The notes: generated by a model from the sequence alone, not told the origin. Shown: positions 23,001-31,490, numbered from the stretch's first letter. The stretch: 64,000 nucleotides of DNA from Christensenellales bacterium (GCA_051889215.1 JBJFDC010000003.1:7456-71455), one strand, 5' to 3'. Program-made: numbers and translations.

Positions 23001-23247
23001 CGTCAACCGTGGCAACATTTTCATTGTCACTTTTCCAAGTTATGTTTTTGTTTGAAGCATTTTCAGGAGTCAAAGTCGCGTTTAGCGAAAAACTTTCCCC
23101 GATTTTTCCAGACGAGGTTTCGGCATTGAGTGATATGGCGTCAACAGGAACTGGCACAAAACCCGTGACAGTGTTCACAGTGAAGTTCAAAACAACAATA
23201 ATAACCAGCGGTATTGCAATCATCAAAAATATCAAAAGTTTTTTCAT
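17083..23247 (-). CDS. giant surface protein: N-terminal signal anchor, many Big_2-like Ig repeats, C-terminal parallel beta-helix-like domain
   Basis: About 2050 aa. Repeated ...ATV...G.V.....G.A.I.A... modules are typical of bacterial Ig-like group 2 domains. The last roughly 450 aa have PbH1-like repeats (NS.....I.., G..V..). Start at 23247 is 1 nt after the permease stop, with a GAGGTG RBS. Confidence 0.85.
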   Translation of the reverse strand: MKKLLIFLMIAIPLVIIVVLNFTVNTVTGFVPVPVDAISLNAETSSGKIGESFSLNATLTPENASNKNITWKSDNENVATVDDKGVVIFVGYGKCYITATTEDGNKKASCYFYVYDDVAHDLDFYSPKEVVNVGEMIALQATVLPVEAENKEIEYKSYDTNVATISENGFLNAISPGYVTLSATETFSGITKFLSILVVKPITSFSVTEENVVVSELDYQIKTKTYPADATQTELIYTSSDTSIATVSKKGYVTFQKAGQVQITIEDHNKTMSKTISIKSTNGFVDDIFIEDAIINTSLSDAARFIEISVTPKSLSLNNVEIKSDNPEICTVDENNYLQVFSTGSTTIRLRAQKSSSEWIEKTILVNVTYPAESIVLADEIYVAENLVKLEPKAYPQISTNKDFFFHSSDETKATVSHDGVVQKVESGVVEVEILVYANQDYSDISKTIKVIFTDGYSQSAQLFESEVELVVGESYIPKFDFKPSGATAKNVSITIKNQSCNISDGDVISESNGEIVALHGGRAEIEIQVTLFDGSIKTFEVLIEVKSFVQKIEFICDLDKQDDIYITGQPTFAFDYFVYPNDVSNKNVEWEVSQGPAVIFGQSIKFSSKGTAIITGKSEDTKANIQVQVKYVGPNPISATLSEIPSEIFVGDSFEVEVLSTFPKNAILKNVTYQIANQTTSSISSNKVLDIIDGKPKAISGGTCTLYVNVSTCQYVFDIEVIRLPQTLVVYPSNIQTTKSSIALSSTVLPYDTTDKSVEFEVVGSDVAEIENDTLIFKQNGIVEIIARCVADKNITYSFWIEKIDKSTSSITPTNKDVVVQIGEKLVLDISSFCQNYDSYSIEIENEEILTLNSNVLTSIKTGKTNVDIYFFDKIGSVIAYHKINVEVVKLVQSFEILSELDYVGGEFQTALSSVNLTYSVLPLDATNQKINFEIFESFSSAGEKLNNIAYIDEDKMQFMQSGIVVLRATADDTSGISKLYRVRYTGGNATKVELNCEQEITMEIGDEFEIEVTKWIPSNTTNTQIFIENLSNNEILAIDGHKIIAKAGGAAKLRVDISSGITKTLNVVVNKNVEQIYVENDDVLTSKTEFAIQAKVLPEDATNKTLRFEIVPTDIATLEGNVINFSKAGRVEVKIYAQNDEVSKSIFVTSTNLALSDFELNTQNITILKNSYISLSVSKYYPSDFEFDKSNLVYEVVENNPQNDEQQVVIIEENGRIKANHGGKAKLRVSFMNTNGVAVEQFVDIEVVQLLQNIDVNLSRQLDEMYGTKVVGTGNLGFEITPYPSDAHIKKFEYESSNQEIASIQNGTINFLKGGKVDITFRAYDSFDNVSSKTISFYFTDGKIIDAKFDTTGFVGSTLKMTAGEIFEFKLVSFIPKDVKVQQIVMIEKVENKNYDALSVLEFENGILRASAGGEATFKLNVCSFTTSAFKIIVEQPASQIVTDTSLYISSPECSINYSVLPLDATNKDVEFSSENIELAQVDEYGHVTFSNYGTANIVIKLKSNHEIYRTIKIKYSNEVSLIMFKNVPDSIFARDSMQLGIDYLPYGAQEFSVAYTVSDESLATVNSSGKLFAGSKPGSVVVRAYVVENPEIYCEITIRIKIIISDIELELDAVDDDCGIGGYRVFGNGFVKTQDGQLQIANTYQMRIKSITPSSDEAKLIWTSSNTSIATIDQNGLLTFVGGAGELTVTVQPQDQLSDNEELFLKDSYTFIIVHGVNVYSKEQLQYAMKAVNTPIVIQDDIVYNVREGITTTRSFYGNGHLLDLTFPDYDENGLERAYNRFVVMGSNVVIDNLQIRGTSFDENASLSSLEGKGCAFLVYTPTGAEMVKNVLVKNSIMENAIFAARAYGVQVTFAGCIIRNSYSGGLTISVNDDGVSSDVTVRDCIFKSSYLSSILFDPKQEGEVGSNHSKLKLEGDIKIMNWIDVDEINGNSIAAELGESTAQLREIIKKQTHLTKYYNGKYYFMAGITAFKAGYDGILTYESVLDVDITKMSSTYQYVTYKIEGAVKIYGVPVAFEMTGYSLPSGETEILPDSKIEDDPQAYQKIRQPR

Positions 23248-23248
23248 A

Positions 23249-24862
23249 TCACACCTCAATCCTTTGATATTTTTTCTCAAGACCAAAGAATAATCTAAAC
23301 ACTTCAATTATGCAAAATGGCACAGAAAATCCAAACAGCACAAGAGTTGAAGCGGAAACTGAAACAAAAATGCTCAAAACAATTCCTGCAATTCCCAAAA
23401 TTGTCGCAATGACAAACCCGATACCCAAACTTGTTGAAATATTTGAATTTGTGCCAACCATTTCTTTTGAACCAACATAAATAAATTTTGGTTTTTTGAT
23501 ATCAATGCTGATGGATTTGGCGATGTTGCCAACCATGACTATTCCAACTCCGCCAAAAACAATCATCGCCTCGCTTATACTCAAAAACCCAGCCAACCAA
23601 AGCACGAGACATGACACGAGAGTTGACGGAATGATGACCAGGCAATACATAAAGAATTTGACAGCGATTTGTTTTGTGAAAGAAACAGGAATGATTTTTG
23701 AGTGGAAAAAGTTTTCACCTTCTCTTGTCACACTGCTCGCAGCAAATGAAGAGCCAACGCTCAAAAACATTATCAAAATCAAAACCGCCACTCCCGGAAG
23801 AACGCCCGAGCCCAGTTTTGAAATTCCAATATTGGTTGCGATTGAACTTGAAAAATAAACCATGAGCGGGGTTGTTATTGCAATCGTGAGATATTGAAAA
23901 GAATAGTTGACGGAACGGAATATATTCAAAAACTCTCTTTTGAAAAGCGCCCTTGTTGGAGACATTGCAACAACTTTTGTGTTTTTCTTGAATGCCCCTG
24001 TTGGACTTTCGAGGTTTGAGATGAGAATTTTGTAATACCATTTTTTTGCAAAAAGATAGACAAGCCCCCCAAAAAACAAACAAATTGATAAATAAACAAA
24101 AAAACTTGCAAAAAAATGCTTTAGTGTTGCGATGTTCCTAAAAAGCACTTGAACGTAGAAATGACTTGCAAAATATTTTATATTCTCAACAAGTTCGCTT
24201 CCCAAAAGACTCGTGTAGTCCGATGTCTGCAAAACTGTGAGAACAACTTTCAAAAGAACAGAATAAGCATAAAACCCTGCTGCGACAAACAGGACATATA
24301 GACAAATCATAACAACAAACTTGTTGCGAAGAAACGACACGACATACATTGTTGGAATTGAGAGCAACATTGAAAGAAAGAACGGAACCAATGACATCAA
24401 CAAAACATCAACCGGAATCATGCAATAAAATCCAGCACCCGCTCCAGTCTTTACCCCAAACAAAATGAGGACAGGAAGACCGAGCACAAAAGCAAAAACA
24501 AGTTCTTTAATAAACAAATATGTAATTTTTGACAGAATTATTGCTGTTCCAGAAACTGGCAGCTTGAGCTTGTCTTCGTCTGGCGAAAAGAAAAGTGTTT
24601 TTGTCGTTATGCCGACGCCAAACAAAAGTTGAACAATTTGCGCCATAAACACAAAAAAAATCAAAAACTCGCCTTCAAGGTTTGTTTCTTTTGCCATTGA
24701 CAACACACCATCAAAAGCAAACAGCATCAGTCCAACAAACACCCCAAAAACAATCAATCCCAAAAAAAGTTTCAAAATCAATGAAAAAACTTTGGCGCCA
24801 CTTTTTGTGCGTCTTGAACTGTTCAGAAATTCAAGTTTGAGCAGAGTCAAATATTGTTTCAT
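23249..24862 (-). CDS. multi-pass ABC-exporter permease (ABC-2 / putative ABC exporter family)
   Basis: 537 aa, hydrophobic almost throughout. 1-nt overlap (TAATG) with the upstream ATPase gene. Confidence 0.8.
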   Translation of the reverse strand: MKQYLTLLKLEFLNSSRRTKSGAKVFSLILKLFLGLIVFGVFVGLMLFAFDGVLSMAKETNLEGEFLIFFVFMAQIVQLLFGVGITTKTLFFSPDEDKLKLPVSGTAIILSKITYLFIKELVFAFVLGLPVLILFGVKTGAGAGFYCMIPVDVLLMSLVPFFLSMLLSIPTMYVVSFLRNKFVVMICLYVLFVAAGFYAYSVLLKVVLTVLQTSDYTSLLGSELVENIKYFASHFYVQVLFRNIATLKHFFASFFVYLSICLFFGGLVYLFAKKWYYKILISNLESPTGAFKKNTKVVAMSPTRALFKREFLNIFRSVNYSFQYLTIAITTPLMVYFSSSIATNIGISKLGSGVLPGVAVLILIMFLSVGSSFAASSVTREGENFFHSKIIPVSFTKQIAVKFFMYCLVIIPSTLVSCLVLWLAGFLSISEAMIVFGGVGIVMVGNIAKSISIDIKKPKFIYVGSKEMVGTNSNISTSLGIGFVIATILGIAGIVLSIFVSVSASTLVLFGFSVPFCIIEVFRLFFGLEKKYQRIEV

Positions 24863-25662
24863 TAATTTTCCTTTTTATTCTTTTTTGCTTTGGTTTTATG
24901 TTTTGTTTTTGGCTTTTCTTCAACCACATCGTCTTTTGGTTGATTTGATTTGGTTTTATTCAAAAAATATTCTTCAAGTGTCACATCGCTTTCAGCCAAG
25001 AATTTTTTTACATCAATAATCTCAATCAATCTGCCTCGGTCGATTATTGCAACTCGGTCGCAAATTTTTTCAACTATTTCCAAATTGTGGGACGAAAAGA
25101 AAACAGTGTTGCCAAGTTTTTTGTGTTCGAGCATATATTGTTTTATTTCGAAAGACGATTGAGGGTCAAGTCCCATCAAGGGTTCGTCCAGCACCCAAAA
25201 CTTTGGGTTGTGAATGAGTGCTGCCATGATGCAAATTTTTTGCTTCATTCCGTGAGAATAAGAACGGATTTGATTGTCAAGAGCAAAAGCCATATTGAAT
25301 TTTGCGCCAAACTTTTTTATGCGCTGTTCGATGACGTCTTTTTCGACTCTATAAATGTTTCCCATGTATGTCACATATTCCCTTCCCGTCAAATTCTCAT
25401 AGACGGCATGATTGTCTGGGACATATCCAATGTTGAGTTTTGCGTTTATTGGGTCGCGAGCAATGTCATAGCCGCAAACACTGATGCTCCCCTCTTCAAA
25501 AGGAATGATTCCTGTGATGCATTTGATTGTCGTGCTTTTTCCTGCGCCATTTTTTCCCAAAAAGCCAAAAATCTCACCGTCTTCAAGTGTGAAAGAAAGG
25601 TTTTTGACTGAATATCTTGTTGCGTTTTTATACTTTTTCGACAAATTTTTTATCTCGAGCAT
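24862..25662 (-). CDS. ABC transporter ATP-binding protein (ABC-2 type) with Lys-rich C-terminal tail
   Basis: Walker A GKNGAGKST, signature and Walker B LDEP, and an H-loop. Confidence 0.9.
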   Translation of the reverse strand: MLEIKNLSKKYKNATRYSVKNLSFTLEDGEIFGFLGKNGAGKSTTIKCITGIIPFEEGSISVCGYDIARDPINAKLNIGYVPDNHAVYENLTGREYVTYMGNIYRVEKDVIEQRIKKFGAKFNMAFALDNQIRSYSHGMKQKICIMAALIHNPKFWVLDEPLMGLDPQSSFEIKQYMLEHKKLGNTVFFSSHNLEIVEKICDRVAIIDRGRLIEIIDVKKFLAESDVTLEEYFLNKTKSNQPKDDVVEEKPKTKHKTKAKKNKKEN

Positions 25663-25680
25663 ATTTCCCCCAATAAATAA

Positions 25681-25700
25681 TCCTTAACAATAGTTAAGGA
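25681..25700. promoter_or_regulatory. perfect inverted repeat TCCTTAAC-AATA-GTTAAGGA in the 5' leader of the ABC/giant-protein operon
   Basis: 8-bp arms, located 19 nt upstream of the ATPase start codon. Function unknown; it could be an operator or an RNA hairpin. Confidence 0.35.
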
Positions 25701-25814
25701 GATTATATATCTTTATATGCGCGATGTCAATATGCAAAAAAAAGCGGAACACAACTTTTATAAATTGCGACAAAAAAGGTCTTGTTTGCACAAGGCCTTT
25801 TCAATCCGACAATT

Positions 25815-26888
25815 TTATTGCATTATTTTTGCATAATAGTTTCTTGAAAGTTCTTTAACTCCAAAGCCATTTGCCTTTATTGTCAAATCTTTGTCAATAT
25901 ACCACTCATAATTTTCAAGCCCGTCGCAAAGCGTGAAATCTTGACGCCTTGAAAGTTTTATGACATAAATCTTGCTTCCCTCAAGATAGAAATTCAGTTT
26001 TCTTGGGGCAAAGAAATAAATCGACAAAATCATTCCGACAAGCGAAAGACTTGCAAGCAAAACCCAAATCCATAGATATGGGTGTGGCTTGTTTGCCGAG
26101 ACAACAATAATGCTATCACTTGCTATATCAGATAGTGCAAAAGAGCCACGGTTAATCACATATGAGAGTTCTTTGACTTCTCCATTTGAAGCATACTCAA
26201 AAATCCTATAATTTTTTGATGAAGAATAGTTGTTTGGAAGTTCCATCAAAAGTGACATCGTCTCATAATTTTCGCCCTGGTTGTTGGGCGAAATTCTTAT
26301 CATTTCAATGATTTCTTCGACATATTTCAAATGTTGTTTGACTGCTTTTTTCGCTGTGCGTTTTTGACTTCGCGAAATATCTGTCGCCGAGTATGAATTA
26401 TCCAAACAAAATCCATTGTCGTTGATAATTTCAATTTTTCCAATTGTTCCGCTTGACTTGTCGCTCACAAGAGTTCTTGGAAGAACGCGAACGCAAAGAT
26501 AAAGTGGGTCCGGAGCATAAAACGTCATCGTCTCGTCAGCGGTAATTTTGATTTGATATTCGCCGATGTCAACAAAATTATTTTCAACCTCAATTTCTTC
26601 TTGCCCAAGAATACGATAAAATTTGAGCTCTTGATCGGAGTTGATTGAAACCGCGAGATGATATGACGTTCCATCATAAACAAACTCGCACAATCCGTTC
26701 TCATAAGCGGTGGAAATTTGTGGTTTTGTTTTTTCGCTTTGAAGTTTGACTTTTTCTTGTTCACAATTTGCAAAATAAATGGAATTTGATTCAAATTTTG
26801 GCAAAAAAAGGCCAAAAATACCAAAAATCATTAAAATTAATAGCAAAATTGAATAAATTAATGTTATCTTTTGTGTTTTTTTCATCAT
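25815..26888 (-). CDS. bitopic membrane protein with an MBG-like extracellular module
   Basis: 357 aa. N-terminal TM, a YDGTSYHL...IGEYQIKI module, and a second TM near residue 270. 4-nt overlap with the upstream MacB-like gene. Confidence 0.65.
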   Translation of the reverse strand: MMKKTQKITLIYSILLLILMIFGIFGLFLPKFESNSIYFANCEQEKVKLQSEKTKPQISTAYENGLCEFVYDGTSYHLAVSINSDQELKFYRILGQEEIEVENNFVDIGEYQIKITADETMTFYAPDPLYLCVRVLPRTLVSDKSSGTIGKIEIINDNGFCLDNSYSATDISRSQKRTAKKAVKQHLKYVEEIIEMIRISPNNQGENYETMSLLMELPNNYSSSKNYRIFEYASNGEVKELSYVINRGSFALSDIASDSIIVVSANKPHPYLWIWVLLASLSLVGMILSIYFFAPRKLNFYLEGSKIYVIKLSRRQDFTLCDGLENYEWYIDKDLTIKANGFGVKELSRNYYAKIMQ

Positions 26889-29446
26889 TCACTCCTTAAT
26901 GCAACAACTGGGTCTTTTTTTGATGCGATGCGTGCCGGGATAAGTCCAGAGATTAGTGTCAGGACAAAACTTACCGCAATCAAAAGCAACGCATGAGAAA
27001 ATTTTAGCACTGCAATGTTTTTGAGTCCAGAAACGCTCGCAATAATCGCATTGACTGGGAAACATAAAATAAATGTCAACACAACTCCGATTATTCCTGC
27101 GGCAAAACCAACAATAAATGTTTCGGCATTAAACACTCTGGCAATGTCTCGCTTTCTTGCTCCAATGCTTCTGAGCACCCCAATTTCTTTTGTTCTCTCA
27201 ACAACAGAAACATAGGTGATGATTCCAATCATGATTGATGAAACAAGCAAGGATATTGCTGCAAATGCAATGAGGACATAAGAGATGATGTTTATCAATT
27301 CTCCAAGCGTTCCGGTCAAAACTTCTGTGGCGTCGGTATATATAATCTTGTTGTGTGCTCCATCTTCGCTGTTGTTCCAATCGTCAATAAGTTTGAGGAC
27401 TTCGGCTTTTCCGTCAAAATCTTTTGGATAAAGATAAATTCCCGTCGGGATTGTGCTCGCTCCAACCATTTGAAGTCCAAGATTCATTGCCTCCTGCGCT
27501 GTCATGTCTATGTCGAAAGCAGATTTAACAAAGCCAACAATTTCAGCAGGTGTGTTGAAATTTTGAATTCCCAGTCCAAAACCTTTGAGTTCGGAAATGT
27601 CAACTGTGAAAGGAACATAAAACTTTCCGTCCGCAACTGACTTTTGAACAATCATGGAATTTTTGCAAGTTTCTTGATAGAAAGAGGCAAGTTCAGGAAG
27701 ATACATCACTCCCGCATCAAACACCTCAACAACAATATCTTCTCTTGGCTTCATGACTCCGCATATTGAAAGCGTTTCAGAAGCGCCATCATACACGGTT
27801 TGATAATCGGATTTTGCAATTGTTGAAAAGTCTGTGAGATTTCCTTCGCCATCATAAACAGGTTTGTAATAATCATCATTTGTGACAAGTTTATAAGTTT
27901 TTCCGATAATGTCGGAATACAAAATTCTATTATATTCTCCCGATTCATTGACCGAAAAATTTATGCCGAGATTATTGAGCATGTCTGTTGAAAGTGCACC
28001 CGTTGAGTTGAGGACCAAAAGAACCTCGTTTTTATTCTCGGGATATTTTCCTTCAACAATGTCATAATTTGAAAGGACAAAATCTTTTTCGTCAAGCCCC
28101 TCATAAAACAGACTTGATGTTGTGCCATATATGCTGCTCGTTGTTGGCGTTGTGTCAACAAACACAATTCCGTCTTTTCCTTCTGTCAAAATCTTGAGAT
28201 TTGTCGCGTATGTGAATTGAACAGAAGAAAGTGATTTTTTGTCGCCTTTTTTGTTGTCCTCTTCAATGTAATTGTTGATATAGTTCACAAATTTGTCAGA
28301 GATAAAATTGTAATTTCCCATTTTGGCAATAATTGTGCTCGGGTTATAAACACCGATTGAATTATCGTCTTGGTCCGTTCCGACTTTGTTGTCTTGACCC
28401 ATGAATGAATTGAGCGAAGAGTAGTCAATCGCCACAGTTGACACTGCGATTGGATAGCCACCCAAAGTGTCCGTCTGCATTTTGTTTATGTAGTTTGTGA
28501 AACCATTTGAAATTGCAAGAACAAGTGCAACGCCAATAATTCCAATGCTTCCCGCAACACTTGTTAAAATTGTTCGCCCTTTTTTTGTGATGAGATTTTT
28601 TAGAGACAGCATGAAAGCTGTGAAAATTGACATTGATGATTTTTTCTTTTTGAACACTTTTTTGTCATTTTTTTGCAATTCTTGCTCTTTTTTTGACAAA
28701 TTTGGCTCATTTGTTAGCAAAGTTGAAACAACCCTATCAATGGCTTTTTCGTTTTCGCTTGGCGGATTATTGTCGTCAACAACTTTTCCATCAAGAAGTT
28801 TTATGATTCTTGAAGAATATTTTTGTGCAATCTCGTTGTTGTGTGTCACCATGATGACAAGTCGCTCTTTTGAAATGTCTTTGATGAGTTCCATAACTTC
28901 AACACTGGTTTTTGAATCAAGAGCACCTGTCGGTTCGTCGGCAAGAAGAATTTCGGGATTGTTGACAAGAGCACGCGCAATGGCAACTCTTTGCATTTGC
29001 CCACCGGAAAGTTGATTTGGCCTTTTCTTATATTCGTTTTTTAGTCCAACTCTTTCAAGAACTGCCATCGCCCTTTTCTTTCTTTCCTTGCTTGAAATTC
29101 CAGCAAGAGTGAGAGCGAGTTCAACATTTCCCAAAACAGTCAAGTGTGGAATGAGATTATAACTTTGAAAAACAAAACCAATGGAGTGATTTCGATAGGT
29201 GTCCCAGTCTCCACTCCTAAATTTTTTGGTTGATTGTCCTTTGATGAAAAGGTCGCCACTCGTATATTGGTCGAGTCCTCCAATAATGTTTAGCAGTGTT
29301 GTTTTTCCACAACCGCTCGGTCCCAATATTGAAACAAATTCATTGTGTCTAAAAGCAATGCTAACACCTTTTAGTGCTGGCACAACGTTGTCGGCAAGTT
29401 TGTAATCCTTTTTGATATCTTTTAGTTCAAGAATATATTTCTCCAT
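26885..29446 (-). CDS. fused ABC ATPase plus FtsX-type permease (MacB-like)
   Basis: N-terminal GPSGCGKTT, LSGGQ and DEPT motifs. Large extracytoplasmic domain between TM helices. C-terminal FtsX-like 3-TM bundle. Confidence 0.9.
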   Translation of the reverse strand: MEKYILELKDIKKDYKLADNVVPALKGVSIAFRHNEFVSILGPSGCGKTTLLNIIGGLDQYTSGDLFIKGQSTKKFRSGDWDTYRNHSIGFVFQSYNLIPHLTVLGNVELALTLAGISSKERKKRAMAVLERVGLKNEYKKRPNQLSGGQMQRVAIARALVNNPEILLADEPTGALDSKTSVEVMELIKDISKERLVIMVTHNNEIAQKYSSRIIKLLDGKVVDDNNPPSENEKAIDRVVSTLLTNEPNLSKKEQELQKNDKKVFKKKKSSMSIFTAFMLSLKNLITKKGRTILTSVAGSIGIIGVALVLAISNGFTNYINKMQTDTLGGYPIAVSTVAIDYSSLNSFMGQDNKVGTDQDDNSIGVYNPSTIIAKMGNYNFISDKFVNYINNYIEEDNKKGDKKSLSSVQFTYATNLKILTEGKDGIVFVDTTPTTSSIYGTTSSLFYEGLDEKDFVLSNYDIVEGKYPENKNEVLLVLNSTGALSTDMLNNLGINFSVNESGEYNRILYSDIIGKTYKLVTNDDYYKPVYDGEGNLTDFSTIAKSDYQTVYDGASETLSICGVMKPREDIVVEVFDAGVMYLPELASFYQETCKNSMIVQKSVADGKFYVPFTVDISELKGFGLGIQNFNTPAEIVGFVKSAFDIDMTAQEAMNLGLQMVGASTIPTGIYLYPKDFDGKAEVLKLIDDWNNSEDGAHNKIIYTDATEVLTGTLGELINIISYVLIAFAAISLLVSSIMIGIITYVSVVERTKEIGVLRSIGARKRDIARVFNAETFIVGFAAGIIGVVLTFILCFPVNAIIASVSGLKNIAVLKFSHALLLIAVSFVLTLISGLIPARIASKKDPVVALRSE

Positions 29447-29562
29447 ATTTTATATGTTATCACCGATAGTAATTATAGTCAATTTTATTTAAAAAAGTGA
29501 AAAAATTTCTCTTTCATTTTTTTTATGAATATGATATTATAAAAGCATCGCAAGGAGTCAAC

Positions 29563-30690
29563 ATGAAAAAATATCTTATCCTCACTGTCACCGCTGGCGA
29601 AGGGCACAACTCAATTGCAAAAGCCATTGAAAACGAGTTGTCAAAAAATCCAGACAATTTTGTCGAAAAAGTTGATATTTTCAAACAGTTTGCAAAACCT
29701 GCAAAAGTGAAATTCATTAATAACGGATATATCCTTGCTTGCAAACATTTGCCAAAACTCTATAATATGTTTTTCAGAATGTATCAAAAGAGAGATCCAA
29801 ATCGACGCAACACTGCCCCTGCTCAAGGAACGGTCAAAAAAGAAACACCAAAACTCTTGAAACTCATTCAAGAAAAAAATCCCGACGTCATTATTTGCAC
29901 GCATTTCTATCCCGCAACAATAATAACCAATTTGCGTAAAAAATACGAAATAAAAGCAAAAGTTGTTTCGATTTTGTTTGATTACACTGTTCACCCATTT
30001 TTTGAGTGTGCAAATGGAGTTGACTTTATGTTCACACCAGACAAAGCATTCAATGACATTTTAATCAAAAAGGGTTATCGCGAAGAGCAACTCAAAGATT
30101 TGGGGCTTCCTGTCAAGACAGAGTTTTCAGAATTTATGGATAAATCTGAAGCAAGAAAAAAACTCGGATTTGAACAAAATTTGCCACTCATCATGATTAT
30201 GCTTGGGGGCGGCGGATTTGGAGGAACAGACAAAATTCTCAAAAAACTTCTCAAATGCGAGCACAAAATCCAAATTGCGGTTGTCAACGGAAAAGACGAA
30301 GAAAGCAAAAACAAGATTGACAAATTGCTTCAAAAAACAAAAACTCAACACGTTGTCAAAAACTATGGATTTATTGATTTTGTCTATACACTCATGAGCG
30401 CAAGTGATATCTTGGTTGGAAAATCAGGCGGGGTTTCGGTCAATGAAAGCATGAACAAGAATCTTCCACTGGCACTTTCAAAAAATCTTGTCGCACAAGA
30501 GTATGACAACATGGTTTATTTGACAGAGCATAATGCTTGCATCAATCTAACAAAAAAATACACCCTAACAAAAGCGATTGATGAAATCTGCGAAAAACCA
30601 AGCCGACTTGAAGAAATCAAATCCAACATTCAAAAAATCAAAAAACCAAATGCAACGCGAGATATCGTAAAATTTTGCGAAGCGCTGTGA
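29563..30690 (+). CDS. MGDG-synthase-like (GT28, UgtP-type) diacylglycerol glycosyltransferase
   Basis: The N-terminal ILTVTAGEGHNSIAKAI and the ...PDVIICTHF... region resemble B. subtilis UgtP. Start moved to the ATG at 29563, which follows AAGGAG. Confidence 0.8.
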   Translation: MKKYLILTVTAGEGHNSIAKAIENELSKNPDNFVEKVDIFKQFAKPAKVKFINNGYILACKHLPKLYNMFFRMYQKRDPNRRNTAPAQGTVKKETPKLLKLIQEKNPDVIICTHFYPATIITNLRKKYEIKAKVVSILFDYTVHPFFECANGVDFMFTPDKAFNDILIKKGYREEQLKDLGLPVKTEFSEFMDKSEARKKLGFEQNLPLIMIMLGGGGFGGTDKILKKLLKCEHKIQIAVVNGKDEESKNKIDKLLQKTKTQHVVKNYGFIDFVYTLMSASDILVGKSGGVSVNESMNKNLPLALSKNLVAQEYDNMVYLTEHNACINLTKKYTLTKAIDEICEKPSRLEEIKSNIQKIKKPNATRDIVKFCEAL

Positions 30691-30698
30691 TTTGCAAC

Positions 30699-30750
30699 TT
30701 ATCCACATATCCACAAAAAATTATCCACCGCCATTGTGCATAAGTGGATA
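30699..30750. promoter_or_regulatory. DnaA-box cluster
   Basis: TTATCCACA (30699-30707, perfect), ATATCCACA (30707-30715), TTATCCACC (30721-30729) and an inverted AGTGGATAT-type box (30742-30750), all within 52 bp of intergenic DNA. Confidence 0.6.
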
Positions 30751-30791
30751 TTTTTTTGCATGAAAAAAGACACACGCAAGTATATTATTTT

Positions 30792-31490
30792 ATGAGATTT
30801 TTTGTTGTTAAGAAAAAACACCTGATGTGGTTTCTGACTGCTTTTTTGGTTTTTGTCATAATTATCATTGCAACTTTTTCATATATCAAAGTCTCCAGTC
30901 CCAAAAAGAAATACACCGTTGTCATTGATGCGGGACATGGCGGGATTGACGGAGGAAGTGTTGGGGTTGTCACCAAAAACGATGAAAATCATCTTAATCT
31001 TGAATATGCAAAATGCTTGAAAAGCTATTTTGAAAGTTTTGATATTGGCGTTGTCATGACAAGAACCACTCTTGATGGCCTTTATTCTCCGACCGCCAAA
31101 AACAAGAAAAAAAGCGATATGCAAAAGCGCAAAGAAATCATTGAAAAAAGTGGAGCGGATTTGGTTGTTTCAATCCATATGAACAGTTTTCCAACAAGGT
31201 CTTCGCGTGGCGCACAAGTTTTTTATGACCAGAACAACCCGTCCGGAAAAGCGCTTGCCGAATCAATCCAAAAGCGATTTGTCCTCGATGTTGAAAACGC
31301 AAGAAAAACACCAAAGCATGGGGATTATTTTATGGTTAACTGCACTCCCCTTCCTTCGGTTATTGTTGAATGTGGATATCTATCAAACCCCGATGAGGAT
31401 CGACTTCTTTCGACAAAATCATATAGAGAAAAAATATGTTATTCAATTTTTTGCGGAATTTTGTTGTTTTTTGGCTCAAATAACATCTAA
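30792..31490 (+). CDS. cwlD: N-acetylmuramoyl-L-alanine amidase, CwlD-like (germination-specific type)
   Basis: N-terminal TM, DAGHGG.DGG, and ..ADL.VSIH.NS......RGAQVFY. The architecture closely parallels B. subtilis CwlD. Start uncertain (30792 preferred over the GTG at 30744). Confidence 0.75.
   Translation: MRFFVVKKKHLMWFLTAFLVFVIIIIATFSYIKVSSPKKKYTVVIDAGHGGIDGGSVGVVTKNDENHLNLEYAKCLKSYFESFDIGVVMTRTTLDGLYSPTAKNKKKSDMQKRKEIIEKSGADLVVSIHMNSFPTRSSRGAQVFYDQNNPSGKALAESIQKRFVLDVENARKTPKHGDYFMVNCTPLPSVIVECGYLSNPDEDRLLSTKSYREKICYSIFCGILLFFGSNNI

Noticed and set aside
12000-23300. Numerous 60-157-aa ORFs on both strands inside the two giant genes (for example 15746-16213, 21439-21912 and 12521-12865)
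   Set aside because: All are nested in, or antisense to, uninterrupted 5-6-kb reading frames with clear repeat-domain structure. None has its own RBS.
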